The translations under genes and the position numbers were made by a program. Of a stretch of DNA of 64,000 bases, positions 46,795-58,371 are shown in pieces. Origin of the DNA: Candidatus Buchananbacteria bacterium (GTDB taxonomy: Bacteria > Patescibacteriota > Patescibacteriia > Buchananbacterales > UBA6539); contig JABWCG010000001.1 of the NCBI GenBank assembly GCA_013359225.1, forward strand, positions 360,021 through 424,020, read 5' to 3'. The first letter of the stretch is position 1; each line of letters opens with the position of its first letter. Below the pieces are notes generated by a model. It saw nothing but the letters and a program-made list of their open reading frames with translations. It was not told where the DNA came from and ran no database searches.

Positions 46795-47802
46795 CTACTT
46801 AATTGCCAAGATGCTTCGTTTGTACGACTCAAGATTTTCCAGCGCGATGCCGGTACCTTTTGCCACACAAAACAAAGCTTCATCGGCAACATAAGCCGGA
46901 ACGCCTGTTACTTGGGTAATCAGTTGGTCGATATTACGAAGCAAACTTGAACCACCAGACATAATAATTCCCTTATCGATCACGTCTGCCGAAAGCTCTG
47001 GCGGGGTTTTATGCAATACATCTTTTACTGCCTGAATAATGCCTTCAAGCTCAGCCTGAATAGCATCGGTAATGTCATCGGAAGTTACTGTAATCGTTCG
47101 CGGCAAACCACTTACCACATCACGACCGCGAACTTCTTCAGTCAAACGTTCTTCTAAATACATCGCTGAACCGATATCAATTTTGATTCGTTCAGCGCTG
47201 CGCTCACCAATCGCCAAATTGTAGCGACGACGAATATGTTCAGCAATTGCACTGTCAAAACGGTTACCACCAATTCGTACCGATGTTGAGGCCACGATAC
47301 CGCCCAAAGAAATAACTGCCATTTCTGAAGTGCCGCCACCAATATCAATAATCATATGGCCAGACGGCGAACCAATCGGAATATCAGCGCCAATTGCCGC
47401 TACAATCGGCTCCTTAATGATATACGCCGCCTTCGCACCAGCAGCAATAGTTGCGTCAATCACCGCACGACGCTCAGTTGAAGTGATACCAGCCGGTACG
47501 GCAACCATCACTTCAGGACGAAATAATCGTACACCACCCAATGCCTTATTGACGAAATATCTCAACATCGCAGCGGTTGTTTTATAATCAGCAATTACAC
47601 CATCTTTCATCGGCCGCACGGCAATGATCGTGTCAGGAGTGCGTCCCAACATTTCTTTTGCCTCTGCTCCAACGGCCAAAATTTTCTTATCAACAACAGA
47701 AACTGCCACCACGGACGGTTCATTAATAACGATTCCTCGCTTTGGTACATATACTAGCGAATTCGTAGTTCCCAGATCAATTCCGATCTTCTTTATCAAC
47801 AT
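46795..47802 (-). CDS. MreB-like actin homolog, second paralog (Mbl/MreBH-like)
   Basis: A full actin-fold motif set (IDLGTTNSLVYV, IDIGGGTSEMAVISL, MSGGSSLL). It is divergent from the mreB at 38404-39462. Confidence 0.85.
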   Translation of the reverse strand: MLIKKIGIDLGTTNSLVYVPKRGIVINEPSVVAVSVVDKKILAVGAEAKEMLGRTPDTIIAVRPMKDGVIADYKTTAAMLRYFVNKALGGVRLFRPEVMVAVPAGITSTERRAVIDATIAAGAKAAYIIKEPIVAAIGADIPIGSPSGHMIIDIGGGTSEMAVISLGGIVASTSVRIGGNRFDSAIAEHIRRRYNLAIGERSAERIKIDIGSAMYLEERLTEEVRGRDVVSGLPRTITVTSDDITDAIQAELEGIIQAVKDVLHKTPPELSADVIDKGIIMSGGSSLLRNIDQLITQVTGVPAYVADEALFCVAKGTGIALENLESYKRSILAIK

Positions 47803-47863
47803 TGAAAAAATAGTTAATTTTGTTCCTTAATAGTAGTAGAAAAGCCTTTTTTTGTCCAGCCAG

Positions 47864-48730
47864 TTAACGATTCGGCAACCTGGCTCCCAAATATTTAACA
47901 AAATATTTAATACCTGAAATAATGTGAATCCGCCCCCCTCTGCTGAATACACCCAACACCCCACTGCGCTCGGCGGAAAGGCGCTGGTGGTAATGTACCA
48001 TTTCCACTTCAGTAAAATAAATGACTTGATAGCCCGCTGTCCAACATCGCCGGCACAAATCCAAATCTTCAAAATACATAAAAAATCTTTCATCAAGCAG
48101 ACCAATCTTATCAAGTACTGGCCGGCTAATCAGCAGACAAGCACCAAACAGCCAATCAACTTCTTGGTTTAACTGGTGTGTCAGGTCTTTCATCAAATAG
48201 CTGTCAACCGATCGTCTGGCCCACGGTAACCGACCCACTAATGTCCGGCGATACAATGGCGTCAAAAAATTAGGAAACCGCCTGGCGGAATATTGGACTG
48301 AACCATCAGGATTAATCAATTTCGGCCCGATAATACCGGTAGCCGGGTGTGACCTCATATAATCAACCATTTTTTCCAAAGCACCAGGGACTACGGCGAT
48401 ATCGGGATTAAGGACCATGATATACTCCCCCGCAGCCGCTTTAATGCCCAAATTATTGCCAACCGCAAAGCCCCCATTGGTCTTAGCGGCAATAGTTTTA
48501 ATTGGCGGAATAACTAAATTATTTCCCAACGGTAGCGTTTGCTGCTGATTTCGGGCAGAACTTTGCGCTAGAAACATATTTTGGACCATCTCTAAAACAC
48601 CGTCGCCGGAATTATTATCTACCACGATAATTTCATATGACAACTGGGGCTGCGCTGTCACAATACCTTTAACACATTGTTTAACCAGCCCCTTTTGTTT
48701 GTAATTTAAAATGACAATTGATAAATCCAT
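47864..48730 (-). CDS. glycosyltransferase family 2
   Basis: LSIVILNYKQKGL...VVDNNSGDG, and a DxD region (LNPDIA). Confidence 0.85.
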   Translation of the reverse strand: MDLSIVILNYKQKGLVKQCVKGIVTAQPQLSYEIIVVDNNSGDGVLEMVQNMFLAQSSARNQQQTLPLGNNLVIPPIKTIAAKTNGGFAVGNNLGIKAAAGEYIMVLNPDIAVVPGALEKMVDYMRSHPATGIIGPKLINPDGSVQYSARRFPNFLTPLYRRTLVGRLPWARRSVDSYLMKDLTHQLNQEVDWLFGACLLISRPVLDKIGLLDERFFMYFEDLDLCRRCWTAGYQVIYFTEVEMVHYHQRLSAERSGVLGVFSRGGRIHIISGIKYFVKYLGARLPNR

Positions 48731-48734
48731 ACGT

Positions 48735-49763
48735 TTAGATGAACCATCTTCTAATTTCTCGCGGTTGAACTTTCTTGTGTGACATTGTAATCCGGCGCTT
48801 TAGAAACATTTTTGGTGCCAACCGGAAAAATTCAACAAAACTTTTCAACTGAAAATGTTCAAAAAATAGCGCATAAAAAACAATTCGCATTTCCCGTCCG
48901 ACAAACCACGGCAATGCCAAAAATATATTCAACCACTGGTCATTTTTTAGGATCATCAAATGATGATTTCTAAAAGAATATTGGCGTAACATTTTTGAAA
49001 CCGCCTTACGTGACTGCATCACTTTCTTGATTGCATGTTCAGTCGTAACTGACAGCCGACGATGATGATAACAAATCGCACTTGGAACATACCAAGAACT
49101 AAAACCATATAGTCGAAGCCTCCAGGCTAAATCAATATCTTCTTTATAGGCGAAAAAATCATTATCAAAATATTCATTTTTTACCATCACCTCATCTAAT
49201 GCCGTCCGACGATATAACACGCAAGCACCGGTCAAGCCAAACACTTCCTCTGTCCGGTCAAATTGCCCCTGATCTTTCTGGCCTTCGCCGCGATTAATTA
49301 CTTTACGGCTTTTAAACACCAGCAGTCCGGTTGAATCAATAACGTTTGATTTAACCGTTTCCCGTAAGCCTTCCTGATCATTTTCGTCATACGCTTCCGT
49401 GCTCATTTTTAAAATCTTACCGCCAAAGCTGCCCGCCTCCGGATGCGCCTCGGCGAAGTTGATTATTGTTTGCAAAAAATTGTCGGCTAAAACCACATCC
49501 GGATTCATCACTAACACATACTCCGACTTAGACAGCTGGATTCCCTGGTTATTGGCCTTAGAAAAACCAAAATTTTTAAAGTTTTGTAAAATAGAAACCG
49601 TCGGATAATTAGAGCGAACAAACTCAACCGTGCCGTCGTCAGAGCCGTTATCAATTACCATTACTGAAAAATCCCGAAAATTCTGGCGCATCAATGATTC
49701 AAGGCAATCAAAGATATACCTCATTGAATTCCAGGTGACAATTTGAATGGAAATTTTATTCAT
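48735..49763 (-). CDS. glycosyltransferase family 2
   Basis: ISIQIVTWNSMRYI...VIDNGSDDGT, and a DxD (MNPDV). Confidence 0.85.
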   Translation of the reverse strand: MNKISIQIVTWNSMRYIFDCLESLMRQNFRDFSVMVIDNGSDDGTVEFVRSNYPTVSILQNFKNFGFSKANNQGIQLSKSEYVLVMNPDVVLADNFLQTIINFAEAHPEAGSFGGKILKMSTEAYDENDQEGLRETVKSNVIDSTGLLVFKSRKVINRGEGQKDQGQFDRTEEVFGLTGACVLYRRTALDEVMVKNEYFDNDFFAYKEDIDLAWRLRLYGFSSWYVPSAICYHHRRLSVTTEHAIKKVMQSRKAVSKMLRQYSFRNHHLMILKNDQWLNIFLALPWFVGREMRIVFYALFFEHFQLKSFVEFFRLAPKMFLKRRITMSHKKVQPREIRRWFI

Positions 49764-49766
49764 AGA

Positions 49767-51260
49767 TTATTTTTTTTCTGTTACCCAAAAACCGAGCCGA
49801 AACTTTCCACCAAGCATCAGTCTGGTTTGAGCGTCAGTAGCAGGCAACGAACCAAAAAGAATTAGAGTAACCGGAACCATAATCCACTGTAATAACATAA
49901 CTAATTGATGATACCGGCTATGGGTCTGCGGCCGGCGGGGCAACATAATTGTATACAGTACCGCAATGATAATCAAACCAACCATCGACGCTCTCATTAA
50001 AAGAGATAGAATATGAGGTGCATTCTGAAATAACGCCGTGGTTCGATCCTGTGTTCCGGCCAACCACAGCGGAAGATGTCCGGCAATCAAAATAATAATT
50101 GGCGCTGTTGCCCAGGAATACACACCCTCGGTCTGGTTCCATAAATAATATATCTTTTTTAAAAACGGCACGCTTCTGCCTTCGCCAGACTTAAACCAAA
50201 ACTGTTTTACCATCCAGGGAAAATGCTCCACTCCCCAAGCCCAGCGCCTCATTTGTTTATACTGATTTTTCAAGCTACGCCAAAACTGACCGATATCAAC
50301 CGTGTTCATATAGACTGGAATATACATCGGGACTGTTTCATAATCACCATTATACCGAACTAACCCCTGAAGAAAAATCCGAGAATCTTCAGTCACAATT
50401 GTCTTATCCCAAAAACCAACATCGACCAACGCTCGAAAACTCATTGAATGGGAAGAGAAAGTAAACAACCGTTCTGATCGTGACAAATCAGTGAATAGCC
50501 AAAACGTTGTTGAAGAAGCAACCACTCGCACCACCGGGTTTGATTCCCAAATATTATTATTGTAGATTGCCACTGGCTGATAGCTTGCCCGAGTCGGTTT
50601 CGGATGAGTTAAATATTTGTATGTCAGGCAAGCAAAATACTGCGTATGAACACAGGTATCAATGTCAAAATTTGAAACGATGACTTTGTCATAGTCAACT
50701 CCCAATTGATCAATATACTGTTGGGCTTGCCGACCGGCATAATGGGTATTTGATCCTTTGCCCGGCAATTCATCAGGGAGATTTTTTGGATGAACAGTTA
50801 TTAAGAGATTAAAAAATTTATCAGCATACTGTTTTTTGATTTCCTCAGCAATCAATAAAAAATTTTCCTGATCGCGCTCTTCACCAGCTAACACCACAAT
50901 AAACTTTTTTAAATCATAGTTAGATTGAATCAAGGCCTTAAAAGGCTTTTCAACAATCTGATATGGTTCTTTATAGGTTGGTAAAAAAATTAGATGGTAA
51001 TAATCCAAGTAATTTTTGTCTAGTTGTTTTACTTTATCAAACCAATCAACCTTGCTGTCATGTCTAAATCTTTTCCAGGAAGCCAGTAAATGAATTAACA
51101 TATACGAAATCCGCAGCAGCCAATAGACGTCAAAAGCGATAATGAAATAAATCGCCCAAAGTGGCTTAAATAAAGAAAGGCTGATTGTAAAAATGAAAGT
51201 CAGCCAGACTAAAAAACCTGGAATAATCTCCAGAATTCTGTATTTAGCTTTATCTGTCAT
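49767..51260 (-). CDS. membrane-integrated processive family-2 glycosyltransferase (cellulose/chitin/hyaluronan-synthase-like)
   Basis: Multiple TM helices flank a GT2 core that carries the TED motif (TEDSRIF) and the QxxRW motif (QMRRWAWG), which are diagnostic of processive beta-glycan synthases. Confidence 0.7.
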   Translation of the reverse strand: MTDKAKYRILEIIPGFLVWLTFIFTISLSLFKPLWAIYFIIAFDVYWLLRISYMLIHLLASWKRFRHDSKVDWFDKVKQLDKNYLDYYHLIFLPTYKEPYQIVEKPFKALIQSNYDLKKFIVVLAGEERDQENFLLIAEEIKKQYADKFFNLLITVHPKNLPDELPGKGSNTHYAGRQAQQYIDQLGVDYDKVIVSNFDIDTCVHTQYFACLTYKYLTHPKPTRASYQPVAIYNNNIWESNPVVRVVASSTTFWLFTDLSRSERLFTFSSHSMSFRALVDVGFWDKTIVTEDSRIFLQGLVRYNGDYETVPMYIPVYMNTVDIGQFWRSLKNQYKQMRRWAWGVEHFPWMVKQFWFKSGEGRSVPFLKKIYYLWNQTEGVYSWATAPIIILIAGHLPLWLAGTQDRTTALFQNAPHILSLLMRASMVGLIIIAVLYTIMLPRRPQTHSRYHQLVMLLQWIMVPVTLILFGSLPATDAQTRLMLGGKFRLGFWVTEKK

Positions 51261-51290
51261 ACTCTAATTTAACCAAAAAAGACTTGATTT

Positions 51291-51324
51291 GGCAAATTAA
51301 AAAACCGGCAACACTTAACCGGTT
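51291..51324 (-). terminator. terminator after gpmI copy 1 (AACCGG ... CCGGTT + T-run on minus strand)
   Basis: A 6-bp stem at 51303-51308 / 51319-51324 with TTTTTAATTT on the minus strand. Confidence 0.5.
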
Positions 51325-51330
51325 TAATGG

Positions 51331-52917
51331 CTATATCAATGGACTGCCTGTCATATCTTCCGGCTGATCAATTTCCAGCAGCTTAAGCAGGGTCGGTGAG
51401 ATATCGGCCAGGATGCCGGCAGGCGTCAACACACTTAAATCGCCGTTAGCACTGTCTAGTCCGGATACTAACGTTTTTCCCTTCCAGCGGTCGCCAACAA
51501 CAATAAACGGCACGGGATTAGTACTATGTTCTTTAGAGACCTCGCCCGTTTGCAAGTTAATCATTTCGTCGCAATTACCATGATCCGCTGTAATAATAAT
51601 TGAACCTCCGCTGGCCATCACGGCATCCGCAATCTGCCCTAAGCAACGGTCACAGGTTTCAACCGCTTTTACTGCCGCCGGAATTACACCAGTATGCCCC
51701 ACCATGTCGGGGTTGGCAAAATTAACGACATAAAAATCATTCTGACCTTCCTTAATACTTTTAACTAGCTTTTCAGTCAGCTCAACCACACTCATTTCCG
51801 GCTTTTGGTCATAGCTTGGAACAGCTGGTGATGGCACTAAAATTCGGCTTTCTCCTGGAAAAGGATCTTCGCGCCGGCCGTTAAAAAAGAAGGTGACATG
51901 TGCATACTTCTCAGTTTCAGCCGCATGCATCTGCTTTAAATTCTTGTCGGAAATAATTTTAGCAATCGGCGTTTGGATGTTCTCGTCCGGGAATGCAATA
52001 TCAACCGGTAAATCTTTTTCATATTCCGTAAAAGCCGTGAACTGCAAATCTTTAACTGGCTTGCGTTTAAATTTATCAAAACCCGGCAATGAAAAAATTG
52101 CTGTCATTTGTCGGGCACGGTCCGCTCGAAAATTAAAAAATATCATTGCATCTTTATCATCAACCGGTGCTACTGGTTTACCGCTGGATATAATTGCCGT
52201 CGGGACAAATTCTTCATCAAAAACATTCTTGGCGTATGACGCCTCAATAGCTTTAATTGGATCATCGAAAGCGACTTCAGCGGCACCTTCCGCAATAGCA
52301 CGATATGCCCGCTCCTCGCGATCCCAATGGTTGTCTCGATCCATGGCGTAAAATCGTCCGCTCAAACTGGCAATTTTACCAATGCCCACTTCTTTAATTT
52401 TATTCTGCAGTAGTTTAATAAAACCAATCGCCCCGTCTTTTGCTGTATCCCGGCCGTCCAAAAAAGCATGAATATATACATCTTTAAAATCATGCTTCTT
52501 GCACAAATCAAGCAAAGCATACAAATGATCTTGGTGGGAATGCACTCCGCCATTGGAGACTAGCCCCATTAGATGTAGCTTAGTTTTATTCTTCTTTGCA
52601 TATTTAACCGAAGCCACCAGTTTTTCATTAGTCAAAAAAGTGCCGTCTTCAATTGATTTGTTAATTTTCGGCAACGTCTGATAGATAATTTGACCAGAGC
52701 CCAAGTTAAGGTGACAGACTTCAGAATTTCCCATTTCACCCCACGACAAACCAACGGCTTCGCCCGATGCCTGCAGAGTCAAAGTTGGATAGTCACTAAT
52801 AAAACTGTTTAATACCGGTTTTTTTGCTAAAGCTACAGCATTGCCATTACCGGGAGCGGCAATGCCAAAACCGTCTAAAATTAAAAGCATTACTGGTTTT
52901 GGTCTGGTTTGGGCCAT
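51331..52917 (-). CDS. gpmI: 2,3-bisphosphoglycerate-independent phosphoglycerate mutase
   Basis: The phosphoserine loop GNSEVCHLNLGSG and a C-terminal metal-binding domain (ITADHGN). LILDGFGI is at the N-terminus. Confidence 0.9.
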   Translation of the reverse strand: MAQTRPKPVMLLILDGFGIAAPGNGNAVALAKKPVLNSFISDYPTLTLQASGEAVGLSWGEMGNSEVCHLNLGSGQIIYQTLPKINKSIEDGTFLTNEKLVASVKYAKKNKTKLHLMGLVSNGGVHSHQDHLYALLDLCKKHDFKDVYIHAFLDGRDTAKDGAIGFIKLLQNKIKEVGIGKIASLSGRFYAMDRDNHWDREERAYRAIAEGAAEVAFDDPIKAIEASYAKNVFDEEFVPTAIISSGKPVAPVDDKDAMIFFNFRADRARQMTAIFSLPGFDKFKRKPVKDLQFTAFTEYEKDLPVDIAFPDENIQTPIAKIISDKNLKQMHAAETEKYAHVTFFFNGRREDPFPGESRILVPSPAVPSYDQKPEMSVVELTEKLVKSIKEGQNDFYVVNFANPDMVGHTGVIPAAVKAVETCDRCLGQIADAVMASGGSIIITADHGNCDEMINLQTGEVSKEHSTNPVPFIVVGDRWKGKTLVSGLDSANGDLSVLTPAGILADISPTLLKLLEIDQPEDMTGSPLI

Positions 52918-52918
52918 A

Positions 52919-54499
52919 TTAAATTAAACTTTTACCCGTCATTTCTTTCGGTTTTTTAGCATTCAATAACTTTAAAATAGTTGGGGCGATGTCTCCCAAC
53001 TTTCCTTTTTTCAATTTTCTTTTCTTGTCAGACTTCTCAATTAATATAAAGGGAACCGGATTGGTCGTGTGCTCAGTATACATCTCTCGCGTCTCTAAGT
53101 CCAGCATTTTCTCAGCATTACCGTGGTCCGCCGTAATAATAAATATCCCGTTTCGTTTAAGCACTGCCGCAGCGATTTTACCGATTGATTCATCAATTGC
53201 CTCAACTGCCTTAATGCAAGCCTGAATGTTTCCGGTATGAGCAATCATATCGGCGGCGGCAAAATTAATGACAATAAAATCATAACTATCAAGCGATTTT
53301 AAAACCCTGCTGGTGATTTTACGAGTTGACATTTCCGGAACCTGATCATAAGAATCAACCGGCGGCGAGTCAAGCACTACTCGATCTTCCCCATTAACCG
53401 GGTCGGCATAACCGCCATTAAAGAAGTATGTTACGTGAGCATACTTTTCCTTCTCGGCAATATAAAGCTGCTTCCTGTCTTTTAATACCATCGGTAACGT
53501 TCCAGTAATATCTTCAGAAGGAAAAGCAGTTAAAATGGCTCCCAGGTCAGGACCAAAATCAGTCATAGCGGTAAACAAAATATCTTTCAAAACTTTTTTT
53601 CTTTTGAACGAACCAGGATTTAATTCATTAAACCCGTCTTGAACAAACGATTTTGCCAGTTGCCTTGCCCGATCAGACCGTAAATTAAAAAAGATTATTG
53701 CATCCTTATCTTTGATTTTAGCAATTGGTTTATCCTGGCGACAAATCACATAGGGCCTAATAAATTCATCTGTTTCACCGCGGTTATACGACTGAGTTAT
53801 TGCCGCCTGCGGACTTTTTATTTTTATTCCTTTCGCCATCACCATCGCGTCATACGCGGCTTCAGTTCTTGACCATTCTTTCTTTCGATCCATAGCATAA
53901 AATCGCCCCATAATCGTTGCAATCCACTCACCCGTCCTGACACCATTTTTAGTTTCTTTATTCTTTAGTGACCGCATCAGTGCCTCAACCATTTTTAACG
54001 CACCGTGCGGCACCGAATCTCGACCATCGGTAAAGATATGCAAATATACATTTTTAATCTTTTTTTTCCTGGTCCAACTTAACAGCGCCAACAAATGATC
54101 CGGGTCGCTATGAGCGCTGCCGCCGTCAGACAACATTCCCATCAAATGCAGGTCAGAATTATTTTTTTGCGTATGAACATACGCCGCCTCAAAGGCTGGA
54201 TTCTTAAAGAATTTACCAGTACTAATTGCCTTAGAAATATAAACCGAATCCTGATCAACAACCCGGCCAGCGCCGATATTCATGTGTCCAGCTTCTGAAT
54301 TTCCAGGTTGGTCGGCCGGTAAACCGACCTCCCTGCCGTGAGCAACCAACTCGGTATGAGAATATTTTTTCAGCAACGCGTCATAATTTGGTTTCTTTGC
54401 TAATTCAATCGCGTTTGCGTCCGACTTGGGCGCGATACCAAAGCCGTCTAAAACCAACAGCACTAACGGTTTTTTTGTTTTGGAAAGATTCTTATTCAT
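52919..54499 (-). CDS. 2,3-bisphosphoglycerate-independent phosphoglycerate mutase, divergent tandem paralog
   Basis: Same architecture: LVLDGFGIA, GNSEAGHMNIGAGR, ITADHGN. Only about one third identical to copy 1 by eye. Confidence 0.85.
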   Translation of the reverse strand: MNKNLSKTKKPLVLLVLDGFGIAPKSDANAIELAKKPNYDALLKKYSHTELVAHGREVGLPADQPGNSEAGHMNIGAGRVVDQDSVYISKAISTGKFFKNPAFEAAYVHTQKNNSDLHLMGMLSDGGSAHSDPDHLLALLSWTRKKKIKNVYLHIFTDGRDSVPHGALKMVEALMRSLKNKETKNGVRTGEWIATIMGRFYAMDRKKEWSRTEAAYDAMVMAKGIKIKSPQAAITQSYNRGETDEFIRPYVICRQDKPIAKIKDKDAIIFFNLRSDRARQLAKSFVQDGFNELNPGSFKRKKVLKDILFTAMTDFGPDLGAILTAFPSEDITGTLPMVLKDRKQLYIAEKEKYAHVTYFFNGGYADPVNGEDRVVLDSPPVDSYDQVPEMSTRKITSRVLKSLDSYDFIVINFAAADMIAHTGNIQACIKAVEAIDESIGKIAAAVLKRNGIFIITADHGNAEKMLDLETREMYTEHTTNPVPFILIEKSDKKRKLKKGKLGDIAPTILKLLNAKKPKEMTGKSLI

Positions 54500-54501
54500 T
54501 G

Positions 54502-56563
<2,062 letters not shown>

Positions 56564-56581
56564 ACGTTTTTTATTTAATTA

Positions 56582-57814
56582 TTATTTTTTAATAATTGAT
56601 TTTAATGCTGGCAACTCCTTGCCGGATAAAAAGACTAAACTGGCGCCGCCGCCGGTTGAGACATGGGTAAATTTTCCTTCCAGATGATACTTCTGCAAAA
56701 CCATTTCAGTATCGCCGCCGCCAACCACTGTAATCGCCTGACGATTACGACTGATTGCTTCGGCAATTTTCTTAGTGCCAAACGCAAATTTGTCAATTTC
56801 AAAGACACCCATCGGACCATTGAAAAAAATAGTTTTAGCTTTTTTAATTTCTGCTAGATATCGGGCAATAGTGGCCGGACCAATATCCAAAAATTTCCAA
56901 CGCTTATTGATAGTTTGTTTTTGTGATACGTCAACAATCTCAATCAACGCCTGCTGATCCATTTTATTTCCGGCGATTAAATCTGTCGGTAAAATAATTT
57001 TATCTTTGTTCTTACGGTAAATCGTCCGGGCCAAAGATACAAAATTAACTTTTTTTCGTTTGGCTTTGTCGACAAACACATCTTCCACAAAAGAATCTCC
57101 GATTGGCGTACCATCAGCTTTCAAAAAAATATTAGCCAAACCGCCGCCGATTAAAATTTTGTCGGCGATTTTTACTAACTCCTGCAAAACGTCTACCTTA
57201 TCAGAAATTTTGGCGCCACCCAAAACAATTACCAACGGCTTTTTAGGTTTTTTATTAATTTTACTTAGTTGCGTAATTTCTTTTTCCAATAACAGCCCAG
57301 CATAGGTGGGTAATAGTTTCGTGATCCCTACCGTTGAAGAGTGGACTCGGTGCGACTGTGCAAAGGCGTCAAATACAACTAAATCAAAGCCGTGAGCCAA
57401 AAGTGCGGAAAATAATTTATTATTTTTTTCTTCTTCCGCATAAAACCGGACATTTTCCAGCATAATAAGTTCGCCATTTTTCATCCGGCTTACGGCCTCA
57501 TATACTTTTGGTCCGACGCAGTCATCAAGTTTTTTAACCGGTTTCTTTATCAATGTTGCCAAACGTTTTGCCACCGGATCCATTTTATACTTATCAACCA
57601 CTTTGCCTTCTGGTCTTTTAAGCCAAGATAAAAGAACAATTTTGCAATTGTTCTTCAGTAAATATTTTATCGTTGGTAAAGTTTCGGTGATCCGTCGGTC
57701 ATCGGCTACAACATAATTCGCACCTTTTTTTGTCAGCGGCAAATCATAGGCCACTCGCAGTAAAACCTTTTTTCCGCTAAGGTCTTTGACGCTGGTAATT
57801 GATTTTAGCTTCAT
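56582..57814 (-). CDS. pgk: phosphoglycerate kinase
   Basis: N- and C-domain motifs (RVAYDLPL, GGGDTEMV ... GGGASL). Confidence 0.9.
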   Translation of the reverse strand: MKLKSITSVKDLSGKKVLLRVAYDLPLTKKGANYVVADDRRITETLPTIKYLLKNNCKIVLLSWLKRPEGKVVDKYKMDPVAKRLATLIKKPVKKLDDCVGPKVYEAVSRMKNGELIMLENVRFYAEEEKNNKLFSALLAHGFDLVVFDAFAQSHRVHSSTVGITKLLPTYAGLLLEKEITQLSKINKKPKKPLVIVLGGAKISDKVDVLQELVKIADKILIGGGLANIFLKADGTPIGDSFVEDVFVDKAKRKKVNFVSLARTIYRKNKDKIILPTDLIAGNKMDQQALIEIVDVSQKQTINKRWKFLDIGPATIARYLAEIKKAKTIFFNGPMGVFEIDKFAFGTKKIAEAISRNRQAITVVGGGDTEMVLQKYHLEGKFTHVSTGGGASLVFLSGKELPALKSIIKK

Positions 57815-57905
57815 TAATTAAAAAATTTTAGATAAAGATAACTAGCTCTTCATCTAAAATTATACCACAGTAATCAATTTTTAACTAGGGCGCAACCTGC
57901 CCGAC

Positions 57906-58298
57906 TTACTTACTGACGGTAAACTTCTCGTACATTACCTGCTGTTCCTGATCACCCTTTAAATAAACCACCTTAATTTCATAATCACCGGGTTTAATAC
58001 CGGTAATTTCAGCGGCAAATTTTTGGCTGCAGCGCTGGTCGGTTTCATTGCCCTGCAAAGTCAGGATAAAGGTATTCATCTCCCGCTTTAGTACCCCCTT
58101 TACGTTTGCCACGTCACAGCTAAAGTCAGCAAATGGAATTTCCAATTTAAGTCCAGTACCAGTCGGCTCAACTTTAGTTACCGTTGAAAGCTCATTAATA
58201 AAACTGTACTGAACAGCGTATTCTTCTTTCAGATGGCAAGCGCTGAAAAACAGTGTTCCAAATAGCAGGGTAATAAAAAAGTAAATTCTTGGTTTCAT
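57906..58298 (-). CDS. hypothetical lipoprotein (130 aa)
   Basis: A signal peptide with lipobox FFSAC. Confidence 0.45.
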   Translation of the reverse strand: MKPRIYFFITLLFGTLFFSACHLKEEYAVQYSFINELSTVTKVEPTGTGLKLEIPFADFSCDVANVKGVLKREMNTFILTLQGNETDQRCSQKFAAEITGIKPGDYEIKVVYLKGDQEQQVMYEKFTVSK

Positions 58299-58326
58299 AT
58301 ATAAAAGTATAGCATAAAAATAAAAA

Positions 58327-58354
58327 GCGGGAAAAACCTGACGGATTTTCCCGC
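58327..58354 (-). terminator. terminator after thrC (GCGGGAAAA ... TTTTCCCGC)
   Basis: A 9-bp stem. The T-run lies on the minus strand (TTTTTATTTTTAT). Confidence 0.7.
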
Positions 58355-58371
58355 ATCTAACCCTTAATGAA

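Noticed and set aside
46548-46892. 114-aa minus-strand ORF as given in the track
   Set aside because: Its 5' third overlaps the C-terminus of the MreB paralog in another frame. A GGAGG-ATG at 46763 defines a shorter 71-aa gene that fits the intergenic space.
57836-57872. 9-bp inverted repeat ATTTTAGAT-n18-ATCTAAAAT upstream of pgk as a regulator site
   Set aside because: It is AT-only and short, with no regulator gene nearby, so it could be chance in AT-rich promoter DNA. It is noted but not scored.
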